NCBI GenBank assembly: GCA_965603825.1 | Contig: CBFDEM010000032.1 | Location: 682,001 to 746,000 of the forward strand | Reading direction: 5' to 3' | Source: Blepharisma stoltei ATCC 30299 | Lineage: Eukaryota; Protista; Ciliophora | DNA length: 64,000 nucleotides | Shown here: piece by piece, positions 23,470-35,489 of the stretch | How the letters are laid out: each line of letters begins with the position of its first letter | Numbering within the stretch: position 1 is the stretch's first letter | Translations under genes and position numbers: made by a program | The notes under the pieces: generated by a model | Databases searched by the model: none | What the model was told of the DNA's origin: nothing | The model's input: only the letters and a program-made list of their open reading frames with translations

Positions 23470-25617
23470 ATGAGTAAATCAGATGACGAAGAAAATGTAT
23501 TTTATATATAGATTTCTACAAGGACAGTCGAAATCAGAAGAGAAATAGAGTTATTAAAAAAGGTCCTCATTAAATCCTCAAACTCTCCTTTAGACTTAAT
23601 TTTGAAAAACACCAGTGAAAAACCTAACCAGCTCAATGAGCGAAAAACTCTTCAGCAAGCTGAAAATCTCCAAATTTATCTAAATTCGTGCCGCAAAGGT
23701 CCAGATATTTATGCACTGTTTTCACAATGCTCACAGTCATCAAGAATTAATATAAAAATCCCTGAAACTCTTTTATACGTCCCATCCCAATCCTGCCCAG
23801 TTTTTTTGTGGAATAATTCCTTTGGAAATATTGCTTCCTATATCAATGATCAAGCAATTGATAAATTTTTTGATACTGTAGAACAAATTGAAGTAAAATC
23901 GCGATATAAAGTCCCTAAATACATACACATTGCTATGAATGATAAAATCACCCTATGCTACTCAGCATTTGAAGCTCGCGAAGTTTTTGAGAATTGCCCT
24001 CATTATATGCACAGGCTACAAAGATATATTCCTCCTACCACAAATTTAGCCTCAAAAATCCGAATCCATTGATCAGGATCTCGAATTGAAGCAGTTTGTA
24101 GTATTTCTAATAATATTTCTCTAGGCAAGCTAGAAAGAAAAGGCAACCTCAGCTTTCAGCCAGTCATGAATAACCTAAAACAGACAATTTCTTATAGCTT
24201 TTCTAGCAAAATTCTGCCTACCTCTTTCTCTATGTCAATGCCATTCAAGCCGCTCCATCAAAAACGGTCTTTAAAAGAGAAGCTAAATAAGCCAAAAAAT
24301 CCGTTTAAAACTCATATTATGGTGACTGAGCCTTGTGAGGCTGAATCTCTGCAGATAAAGCCAGGCTCTGAAACATTGATGACTGAAGAAATCCACCCTG
24401 ATGAGGACTCCTTTTTAAGCAGCAATAATCAGAGGAGTTCAGCTGAGGAAAATGCAGATATTGAAAAATTTATAGTAAAGTTTTCAGGATTGCCGAAATT
24501 AAAAATTATTTTTACACATCAGCCGATTCCTGAGCTAGTTAAAGCGGTTAATGCGTTGGTGGCTGTTATAAATCAATTATTTTTGAGAAAAAATAATCAG
24601 TTGCAAGAACTATTTGTGGATTTTATTAAAGATTCTAATGAAAAATGGGTTTTACTTTCATGTAAAGGGTATAAAATAATTGGCGACGAGCTTTCACGTG
24701 TACTCAAGCCGAAATTTCTGCCGAAGCTTGAAAATATTAGGTCAAAAACCCATATAAAGAAGCCTTTTGCTAGAGATTATGAAATTAACGTATCGAAAAT
24801 TGATGATTTGATCATCCCTGAAAGGAAAATAGGAAACGATACTATAATTTATGATAAAAATATAGAGATTTTGGCTCATTCTTTTGAAGAGCAAGCTTCG
24901 AAGCTGGATAATTCTCCTATTGGAAATATTCACCTTAAAGAAATCCAGGAATCAACCACAAAATCATACTTAGAGCAAAAAAAATCAGACCATTTAGGAA
25001 GGATTCCTTGTAATATGATAGGAATTATGCCACACAAATTAGATAATCCTATTACCAGCTTTATAGATAACCACAAAGAAGTGCCAATAAAGCCTCTAAA
25101 ACACAGAGAACGATTTAAGCACTTATATTTAGTAGGCCTAGAAAACAAAAGAATAGATTTAGCATCAAAGCAGCTTGACGAAATCACAAAAAGTTTTGAT
25201 AAAAAACTAAAAGCAGCCCAAGAAGGCAGAAAAGACGCAAATACAATCACTGGGCTTGTGAATTTTTTAAACAGCCATGAAAAATTAATTGAAAAATCTA
25301 TTCAAGAATCTTATGAAAAATGCAAACAAAGCGAAACGCTTTGCCCTTACTTTGAAAGTCGCACCAACCACGAAATGGAAAGAATTCACAAAGGATTTTA
25401 CAGCTGCCTAAAGCCAGGATACGAAATAGGACTTCGAAACAAACTAAAAAGAAGCCATAAAGGCTTGAACATTTCTTCAAATGATTTTGAAGAATTTGTA
25501 AAAAATTTAACTGAAAGTTTGGCAAATAATAACTTTTTTGAAGAAGAAGCGAAATTAATCACAGATCGTGCTCGCAGTTTTGAAAAAGAAATTGTAAGTA
25601 TTCATGATGAAAAATAA
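23470..25617 (+). CDS. ~710-aa protein with a C-terminal truncated (2/2) hemoglobin domain and possible ATP-grasp-like N-terminal region
   Basis: ATG 23470, 15-nt intron and TGA(Trp) at 24070 give one frame. C-terminus SYEKCKQSETLCPYF...KLKRSHKGLNISSNDFEEFVKNLTESL...SFEKEIV fits group I truncated globins. Confidence 0.75.
23497..23511 (+). other. 15-nt spliceosomal intron
   Basis: GTATTTTATATATAG; its terminal TAG is an in-frame stop. Removal links ATG 23470 to the long ORF. Confidence 0.85.
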
Positions 25618-25675
25618 ATATTTTAATATTTCTTAATGGGAAAAAATGTAAAAAATCAAGGACTTTACTATAAAT

Positions 25676-26080
25676 TTACAAAAATTCTTTGTTTAGTCTT
25701 GGGCGAAGTCTTTGATGAATAGGGCTTTCATTTTCAGCGTCTTCTTTTTCTATATTTTCAAGCTGTTTAAAAATTTTAATTCTTGATTTACGCTTACTAT
25801 GCATTGATATAGGTGTAATAGAAGGCAATTTTTTTTCTTTTTCAATATTTATGCTTAAATCATTTGAAAAATCATTTATATCGACTGAAATTTTCAGTCT
25901 GTGGCTTGATATCTGTGGAAGTCTACATGTAGCATTATGAGGAGATATTGACAAGCTGTATCTAAATGGCTGTCGTAAATGCTCTTTGATAACTTTCAAT
26001 GGAATTCTGCTAGATTGAATATTTTTGTGCTTATTGAGTTCAACTGAATCATCAAGGTGAGATAAATAATTAACAAACAT
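25676..26080 (-). CDS. Small basic hypothetical protein
   Basis: 134-aa ATG-to-TAA ORF filling the gap between genes; no recognisable domain. Confidence 0.5.
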   Translation of the reverse strand: MFVNYLSHLDDSVELNKHKNIQSSRIPLKVIKEHLRQPFRYSLSISPHNATCRLPQISSHRLKISVDINDFSNDLSINIEKEKKLPSITPISMHSKRKSRIKIFKQLENIEKEDAENESPIHQRLRPRLNKEFL

Positions 26081-26382
26081 TTACATTTTTGTTTGAATTT
26101 AGAATTGTTATGAATTTATTACTAAAATAAATAAATTATTATTTCATCGACTATTTATAATTAATTATATTTTATTTTAAATTTTTTAGCTATTTATTTA
26201 TTAACTAGTCCAATATATTAAATAAATTTCTATTAAACAGAGTTTAGGTTTAATTCTATTGATTATTTAATTATTTTTATATATCCATTACCAGATACTT
26301 TTAAATCCACCACTTTGCTAAGCCCATAAATTCAAAAATTTCACAATAATCTAGTAGTTATAATCTTGTCTAATAATATAAT

Positions 26383-29300
26383 ATGACAGAAACTTTAAAC
26401 CCTTTGGCTCATTCAAATGACATCAGAGCTATGCCGCCTCCTGATAAAAACCATAAAAGCACACTCATAACTGCAGGTGCTGGCGAAATTGTGCTTACAA
26501 TAATCACGCAATTAAATGAATTATTCACAGAGCATCATAAATCTTTTGTTGAAATTGAAAAAAAGATAATAAACCTATGCAAAAATCTAACTGGCGCTTC
26601 TTGAGTAGAAATTTTGATAAAACAAAATGACAAACTGCAAGTATTAGGAAGCAAACAAATCCATGATTTTTTAGAAATAAATCCAAGCTCACTCCCAGGC
26701 TTTGTTGCAGAGCATAATTTAAGTCAGATAATTAATAACCCACACACATCCACTTTTTACTCAACTTTTACAGAAAAAATTTTGCCTTTTTCTATTATTG
26801 ATAACGCATTAATAGAGCCTACATCGCTATGTGCAGTACCTTTTACAAGCGGGTCACATGAAGTCAAAGGTGTTATAATGCTTTTTGATAAACTTGACCA
26901 AAATAAAGCTTTAAGCTATTTCACTATGAATGATGTGCACATTGTGCAATCAATTGGAATTGTAATGACACAGATTATAGTTACCCAAAGCCATTTTTCT
27001 GAAATTCATAGAAAATTAAATGTTTCAGCTTCATTGAGAGAAGAATTAATTAATATAAATGAAGTGTCAACCCAGATTTTCAAAAGGATGAAACTAGTGA
27101 AAAGATGCCGAGAATTAATAAAAAAAGATAAAATTGTCAATGAGAATATGGTTACACTGATAAAAGACTGTATGCAAGCTCATGGTGTAATTCTACACAT
27201 TAATATCAACAATGATTTAAAAATGAGATTTATTCAAGGCTTTGAAAATTTTTCTCAGGATGTCCACAGCTTTAAAACACAAACCAGCTTTTATTCTGCA
27301 TTTACAACAAAAAAGATGATAAATATACAGGATCTAGCCAGTGAGCCATTATGAGAAGAAGACAAGCCAAAATTATTTAGGAGCTTATTATCATGCCCTA
27401 TTATTAATAAAAATGACTATGTGTTAGGTGTCATTGAATTTTTCAGGCAAGATAAATTTACTACGCTTGATGAAAAAATTGCTAAGTTTTTAATTAGTGC
27501 ACTAGGAAAAATTTCACACGGAAAATGGGCATTAATATGAGAAAAAGAAAAAAATACCTCCCAATTAGCCCAAGAAGCTGAACTGAATAGGCTTGTTATG
27601 TCTCTTTATTCATTTTATGCTAATTTTGATATATTTTATGATTATACAAATTTATTTGAGCAGGCACAAAAAAGCTTAAAAAGAATTATTTCTTATGACG
27701 CTATAGTGATATATATAGTAGATACATCAAGGGAGCTATTTTGGACACACAAAAGTGATAAGGATGAAGGATTTACGTTGCCTATAAATAAAGAAAATTT
27801 AGCTGGGCTTGTATATGAATCAAAAAAAATAATAACTCTTCCAGACGATGATATTTTGATTTCTGACCATCACCATTATTCAGGAAAATTTGTATTAGGA
27901 ATTCCGCTTATAAGCAAGATTTTATGTTCCAAAATAATTGGCGTGGCCATAATATCACGATCCTCACACATATTTGACTATGAAGAAACTGATTACATAA
28001 GCTGTTTTCTTTCCAATATTACCCGCACCTTAGAAGAAATTCATGTGCATACTTTAAAACTTGTCCATCAAACCACAGAAATTGAGCATGAAAGTCCTAC
28101 AGCCTATCTAAAACGTATGCACACTGAAAAAATCCGAGGAGACGAAATCATCAGAAGGCGTAGCTCTTATGAATCTCAAGATATAGCGACACTATGAAAA
28201 AACAATATCATCATTGATTTATTGTTCCACATAGGCACCCTTTCTCCAGACCAGCTTGAAAAAATCACTGATTTTCGGCAAATTATTGACAATGATGAGA
28301 GGCCGCTTCATACTTTTGCAAATAATCTAATGAAAGTTGTAGAGTGCAGGGCAGCGTCTTTATTGCTAAAAGATCTGACTGAAGAGCATTTATTTAGTTT
28401 GCCTTCAGAAACGCTAGTTAAGCCTTCAGGACTAATAAATTATTGCTTACAGAACGGAAAATTAATTTTATATAGAAATGAAGCCTATAAAGCTATGCAG
28501 TTTGATGGGCATGTAGATAGCCTTGGAATCAATGAAAATGTAGAAAGCATATTATGCGTCCCTATTTATAATTTCTGTAACAATGTAGACGGAGTTTTGT
28601 GCTTTGTAAACTCACCTGATAATTTCCCTCCAGAAACCGTCACTTTAGCTAGGTTTTTATCATTGATTCCGAGAGAAATTTTGCAGACTAAGGATATTAA
28701 TATAGAAAGCTGGCAAAATATTTTGAAGGAAAGCAGGAAACATAAAATGCTGCTACAATGGTGCAAGCAAATTTTTACAGTAGGAAATCATGCTCAATAT
28801 AAACAAATTTTAGCTAAAAATATTATTGAAAAATTGACTGATGTTACTGAGGTTGGGATTTTGTTACAGTCTATATTAGAAATTATGTGCTCATTGACAA
28901 ATTCTGAAGACTCAAGAGGGATTTTTGTGTCTGGAGGAGAATTCACTGTTTATAACTCAAGAGGAGTAATTTCTCATTATTTACAGGATTCTGATAAAGA
29001 AAAATACATGAAAATCATAAAGAAAGATAGACCATTGTCTTTATCTAAATATGAAGATAGAGAAAATACTATTTATTTCCCTTACTCTAAGTCTGATAAA
29101 TCCATTGTTATCGAGATGTGGAACAAAAAACACGAAACTTTAGCCTACTATTCCACCTATACAAAAGAAGACGAAATCATCATCAAAGAAATCTCCAAAG
29201 TTATGCTCAGAGTTCTTATAGACGAAAACCCCGAAACAATGCTAAACTTAAGGCAACTTATTAACAGCCACATTTCTAACCTTAACAATCACTCCTTATT

Positions 29301-31428
29301 ATCGACTATACGCTGTGCTGCCCAAAAGCTTTTAGATTGTGACAGAGCTACTTTATTTTTAAAAGAAGGCAAAAATTTAACAGCAAAAGCCCAAGGAATT
29401 GAACAGGAAATTCCAGTGGATTTTACTTTTCCATTAGGAAAAGGGATTATTGGGAATGTAGCGCAGACAGGGCAGACAGAAAATATTAAAGATGTATATG
29501 AGGATTCTCGGTTTAATAAAGAAATTGATGAGCTTACAGGGTATAGGACAACTTCTATGCTATGCATGCCTATTTTTTCGCTACAGGGAGATGTGATTGC
29601 AGCTTTGCAAATGATAAATAAAAATAAAGGAATTTTTGATAAAAATGATGAGGATACATTAGAACTGTTCTGCAAAATAGTGTCGACACAGCTGCAGAGC
29701 TGGTCAGCTTTCCAGAAAGCAATTGAAGAAAGAACGGATTTATTGAATATTTTGAATAGTATTGGGAATTATATTCTTGTTCTGAACAGTCAAGGGGTTT
29801 TAAGTTACTATAATAAATCATTTGAAGACATTATAGGAGTAAACGAAGTAACAGCGACCTCAATGCACTATTCACAATGACTAAAATGTAACCGAGAACT
29901 TGTCATTGATATTACCACAATTTTTAATAATCCTTATAAACGAATTAGGAGAAACTCTAAAAGAATTTCTGTGATGCCTCGAATTAGAAGCAGGACTATG
30001 CCAGCTGTAGGAGGGCTTAGCTTTGGAGAAAATAAGTCAAATGTCTTTAATTACTCATTGGCTGCACTTAGAAATTTGTCTACAAAAGAAGCAGCTGGGG
30101 TTATCATTGTGCTTGAGGATGCATCTGCTATTGAAGAATTAAACGCAAAATTTAAGTCAATGCAAAGCCAGTTTTTAGCCCTCGCAAACCCAATTATGAC
30201 AGAAACTTCACTACAAAAGTGCATTAATAAGCTGTCCTGCATAGCTACAGAAATTGATTCTGCTTCAGATATGCATATACAATTAAAAGACATCATCCAC
30301 ACCTTAAAGCATGGAAATTTAAACCACGCTGAGCTAAGAATCCCAAGCGAGCTAAATCATATGGAAAACGAGCTCCATTCCCGGCTAAAAGAATACATAG
30401 AATGCAATACTATAGAAGAAGCCAAAACTTACCAAATCCCAAAAATCCCTTCAGGCGAAAGAATTGACCAAAACGGAGGAATCGAGCTAGAAAATTTACG
30501 AAATTGGAACTTAAATGCTTTTGAAATTGACGATCATTTTACTTATATAAAAAACATGCTGCAGGACTTTGATTTATTGCTGCAGTTTGGAATTTCATCA
30601 GCAAAACTGCGTGATTTTAGTGAAAAAGTGAAAGAAGGGTACCAGACATACAAGAACCCTTTTCATAATTTTTATCATGGGTTTTCAGTAATGCATTCTA
30701 CTTATGTCCTGCTTGTGAGTACAAATGCTGGAGAAGTGTTTAATGCGCATGAAATTTTATCTCATTTAATTGCTTCGTTATGCCATGATATTGGCCATAC
30801 TGGCCATAATAACTCATTTGAAATAAATCAGTCAAGCTCCTTATCAATCCTTTATAACGACAAATCTGTCTTAGAAAACCACCATTCAGCCAGGACTTTC
30901 CAAATATTGCAAAACCCTTCTTCAAATATCCTAGAAAACGTCCCTCAAGATTTACAAAAAATCGTAAGAAAACTCATAATTGAGTGTATATTAGGGACTG
31001 ATATGGCGCGGCATTTTGGGATGATTTCTTATATGAATACCCGTATGAAAGATGCTTATGAGCACCCATTAGGGACTATAGAAGACGACTGTGAAAAATT
31101 AGCCGCTTTTCTTATACATTCTGCTGATTTAGCACACCCAGCCAAGGAATTATCATTATTCTCAAAATGGTCACATTTGGTTTGTGAGGAATTTTCTCGA
31201 CAATATGAAGAAGAAATAAAACTTGACCTGCCGGCGACTGAGTTTATGAAAGGGCTAGACGAGCCAAAGCTTTATTATAAAAACGAGATAGGGTTTTTAA
31301 CTATTATAGTAAAACCACTATGGGAATGCTTAAACTTGTGGCTGCACCCTAGGATTGACCACTGTTTGAATAATCTTGCTGACAACATTAAATTTTACCA
31401 AAAGAAATTTGAAGAACTCCAAAGATAA
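26383..31428 (+). CDS. Class I cyclic-nucleotide phosphodiesterase with 5-6 GAF domains and a PAS-like domain (1681 aa)
   Basis: Five track ORFs lie in one frame and are joined by TGA(Trp). Repeated GAF cores (SLCAVP..GVI, SLLSCP..GVI, VLGIP..GVA, SILCVP..GVL, SMLCMP..QMINK..FD..DE). Catalytic motifs FHNFYH, CHDIGH, LENHH, GTDM and ADLAHP. Confidence 0.9.
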
Positions 31429-34223
31429 TTAATGAATTATATTATAAGCTAAATTTTTAGGGTCATAATGCCTATTCGACACTTCAAAAGTCAAGCTGCT
31501 TTGGTCTGTAGAGCTCGTCTGGCGGCGATTTCGTCTCGATTTATTAGATTTCATCAATAAGCTGGTCTGCTCTCTCGTTTTTTCAATAATGCTTTTATAT
31601 ATAACTTTTCCATTGACTTCTTTATTTGGGCTTTCTCCTAGCGCTGTAATGATAAATCCTCTGTCTTTTGGGATCCTGGCATCTCTGTCTTTGGTTATTG
31701 TCAATTTCCTGAAGCCGCCTGAAGCTTGTGTTACCCTTGCTATTGGGTTTGGCTTCATTTCAGCTTGCAGCTCACTATTGGAATCTTCAAGCTTATAAGG
31801 CGATATTATATTTATTTGGTCTGGGGCTAAAGGCGCCCTTAAAAAACTTGCTAAATGTAAAGAACCTTTGCGGGTTAAGGTAGAATGGGACGACTTAGTG
31901 CTGTAGCGCTGGTGCCGGTGCTCTTTTTTTAGCTTGCCATTAGGTGATAACGAGCACCGCTTTAGTTGTGCAGAAGGTGGGCGGACTTTTATTTCTGAGC
32001 TTGCAATTTTGAAAGGGTTTTCAGGCTCTTTGGACTTATTTTCTTCAGATTTAGGTTTTTTTACTTTTTTGCGCTTGATTAAATATTCGATTCTTTTGTC
32101 ATCATTGTCAGACGCACTGGAGTCTGTTTCAGTGTCACTTAGGTCAGTTTCGCATTGGATTGTTAAAGGTTCTAATAAATCTTCGTCGACTTCTTTTAAG
32201 ACGTCTCCAATGTCGAATTCTTCGATTTCGTCCTCTTCTTTAATTACATTTAAATGGTCGATTATTCCTTTTTCTATTAAATCAACAGTGGATTGGGCGA
32301 ATTCTTCACTTTCTTCAGATAATTTAGCACTTTTTGAAGGAGAAGAAATAAGAGGCCTAGATCTTCTGTTTATATAAGAACACCCCATTGACCTCCCAAC
32401 TTCGTCTAATTTTTTTCTAAACGCTACTGGGCTTAAAAAAATAGATAATTGTTTACACAAGTCTCTGCCTAAGCTTTCTAAATGAAAAATCCCCATATGA
32501 GAATCGGTAGGACTATCCAGAATATCAGGGCTAGACCTATCAAGAGCAGTGTAACTGCTCGGCCCATAAAATGAAGCTTCCAATGTAAAACTGTTCAAAA
32601 TTCCGCATTCTTTATAAATCACGATTCTTGCCGTGCTTTCTTTACATTTTTCTAGCCGAAAATGTGAATCTCTATATGAAAAAATCGGGTTACGTTTAGA
32701 TAGGAGATAAGGAAATAGACGAATAAAAACATTGGTTTTGGCGTCATCATAGTTTCCTTTGGATTTACAAGCGTACATAAATACATTTTTTTTCATAGAA
32801 TGCCCATGCATATCACAATACATGATGACTTCGTGTTCTTCACTGAAAACTTGGGCTAGTTTTTTTGTATAAAAAACTGTTGGGTGTAAATATTTATTAG
32901 GTTTTTTTCACCTTCGGTTTAGGTCGACACCTAAAAGTCCACAGCGGTAATTTCCGTATATTACACCGTCTGGGTTTAGCATAGGGATTACTTTAAATAT
33001 AAATTTGCTTCGTAGTGTTTTAGCTTCTTTGCTGTCACTTAATAAGAAATCGATAGCACCTTTCATCATGTAAGAGGAATTTGTTTCGCCTGGATGGACT
33101 CTTGCAGTTAATATGACTCCTTTTTTCCTGCAATGCTGCTTCTCTATCTAAATTAAAACTAACCTTCAACAATTTTTATATGTTTTACTTGTTCAAGAAT
33201 CCTCAGCTTTGACTCAACCCTTAATTCTCGTTGTCTCATCATTTTTCTTCCTGCTGTACTTTTCTGCAATTTTGATAACTCCTCGATCCATGGGGTATAG
33301 CTTCCTACATTTTCAGTAATCGTTAAAACAGGGCATGGGTTTCCTGCCAAAGTTTTGCATAAAGTGTCAACTCTCAAAATATGCAAAAATCGTGCATCAT
33401 CTGTATAATTTTTTAAATATTTCATTAAATCTGTATATGTATAAGGAAAACAATGGGCAAAGTAGACTAAATCGTCTGAGTGCTTAAAAGTATAGGTAAA
33501 TGTTAGGGTGTAATAGTAATTCGGCACCTTTGAGTCTGGCAAGTTGTGGGTTCTTGGGATGTTATTTTGAAAATAGCTTATACAAGTCCCATCTCTGTAT
33601 CAATTTATCCCTGTAGAATTTTCTTCTTTTAAAGAGTAGATAAGAGGCTTCATCCCATTATTGTAGAGGGAGTCGTATTTCATGAGGTTTATGATGTTAA
33701 ACCTCACTTTATGGTTGGCTTTGTAGTTTTCTACAGAGAAATAAAACCATTGAGTATATCCTTGAGTTTCAACATCATAATCCAATAATAAATTATATTC
33801 GTCATCGCTTACTTTTATAGCTTTCCTTAAATTCCCAGATTCGAATTTCGAGTTAAATCTAAGTGTACATTCTGTTGGAATCACCAAAGTGTATTCAACA
33901 GGTCACTGCCTAAAAGGAGTGTAATTCTTCATATTCAGATACTGTAATCGGTCTGATTAGTAAATACCGTATTCTTTTGCTGTCTGTATTTCTTTTTGAA
34001 TAAATGAAGAAATTATTCGAGGAGGCGACAAGTTATGATCATGAGTTTCGGCCTCTTGATCAGAAATACGGGCTCGAGAATCATAAACGATAATTCCATC
34101 TCATTCAAATCGATAAAGCAGAGACCTCCCTTCTACCTTCGGTCGAAACATTGCTCAGAAATCATCACCTTCTTGTAATGTATTTTGAAAGCCGTCTTTA
34201 TTTGTGTCAAAGTCAGTTTCCAT
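31429..34223 (-). CDS. Cytosolic carboxypeptidase / tubulin deglutamylase (M14D, CCP/AGBL family)
   Basis: [45 protein letters not shown](TGA), DMHGHS and FTLEAS motifs. Needs the 15-nt intron at 33953-33967 and a second intron near 33144-33163. Confidence 0.88.
33144..33163 (-). other. Intron with atypical length (20 nt restores the frame; the canonical-looking 16-nt version does not)
   Basis: GTTAGTTTTAATTTAG|ATAG. Flanking exon frames differ by 3n+2 nt, so exact boundaries are uncertain. Confidence 0.5.
33953..33967 (-). other. 15-nt spliceosomal intron
   Basis: GTATTTACTAATCAG; contains an in-frame TAA. Confidence 0.85.
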
Positions 34224-34689
34224 GGAAATTGTTTAGTACCATTTTGAAAAATTTGCTTCAAATAAGAGAAGAAGTATTTAATTTCGCTGTTAGAGAAAAA
34301 ATTTGAAGAAAATGATGAGTTTAATATTGCAGGAAAAGACTGAGATAATTTTTAGGATTTTTGAAGAAAAATTGATTTTACAATGGAATAAATAGATATA
34401 TTCGAATTTGGTGAAAAATAAACGAAATTAAATTCTTTCTTACAAGATTTCATTATTTTAATAAGGGTGAGCTTTTCTACATATAGCTGACCAATATTTT
34501 ATTATAAATATCAAAATAGGCTCTTTATTAATTCACTTTGCCAGCTTATCTTTTGAATAAATTTTTGCAAAGAGAGTTTTAGAAAATGAAGAAAAATGGA
34601 GAAGTCCGGATCATTTTCATAATGATAAATAGAGTTTCTGTTTTTGTAGTATTATAATATACCTAATTTTACAAAATATTTATCTCATC

Positions 34690-35238
34690 TTAAAGTAAAA
34701 ATTCATAAATTCCTTCATATAGCAACTGAGTAGCCAAATTTACATTATATCCAGTTTTAGAAGAGCTCTCTATATAAAGAATCCCACATTCATCAGCAAA
34801 TTGTTTTCCTTCTTCATATGAAACTTGCCTTTTATCTTCTAAGTCACACTTGCTGCCTATCAAAATTGCAGCATGACTTTTTATTCCTGAATTTTCAACA
34901 TATTCTCAATATGCTCTAGCACTTTGGAAAGAGGCTCTGTCAGCCACACTAAAAAAAATAAAAATGCCAATAGGAAATTTACAATAAACTAAACTATATC
35001 TTTTTCAAATAAAATCGCCTCCAGAATCTCATATATTTAATTCCAAATGTGCGGTTTCAGATTTTACTACGTTTTTCTTTTTCTATGTAAAATATACACA
35101 ATAAGCTCCTATTGTAGGATTATAAGATTCAATAAAAGAATTATTTGAAAATCTGTTTAAAAATGAGGTTTTCCCAGATTGCGAACTTCCTATAATGAGA
35201 AGCCTAATTTTTTGCCTGAATATGGTTTACTGCTTCAT
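34690..35238 (-). CDS. Divergent Rab-like small GTPase (172 aa) with no prenylation tail; absent from the ORF track
   Basis: After two 15-nt introns and three TGA(Trp): [15 protein letters not shown] (G1), YNPTIG (G2), IWDSGG (G3), [20 protein letters not shown] (G4), [10 protein letters not shown] (G5), then TAA. Confidence 0.82.
35083..35097 (-). other. 15-nt spliceosomal intron
   Basis: GTATATTTTACATAG; in-frame TAG. Confidence 0.85.
35216..35230 (-). other. 15-nt spliceosomal intron
   Basis: GTAAACCATATTCAG, 8 nt into the CDS; in-frame TAA. Confidence 0.8.
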
Positions 35239-35489
35239 AATTTTATATAATAATTTAATAGTGATTTTTTAATTCAATTTAATATATTAATTTAAATGAT
35301 AACTAAGAGAAGACTGGCGAGTAAATTAAAATTAAACAAGCTTATTCAGCATAGCTTATTTCTCTTTGTTACTAAGCTTTCTTCTTACTATTTGAACTCA
35401 TAATAAAATTGGACAGAACAAATAACTGTATTTTCTGAATTAAAAAATATAAAATTGGACCTTGATCACTTTTTCCATTAGATTTTAAA

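Noticed and set aside
33502-33512. TGTTAGGGTGT resembling a heterotrich telomeric repeat
   Set aside because: Barely more than one unit and inside conserved CCP coding sequence (YYTLTF); a chance match.
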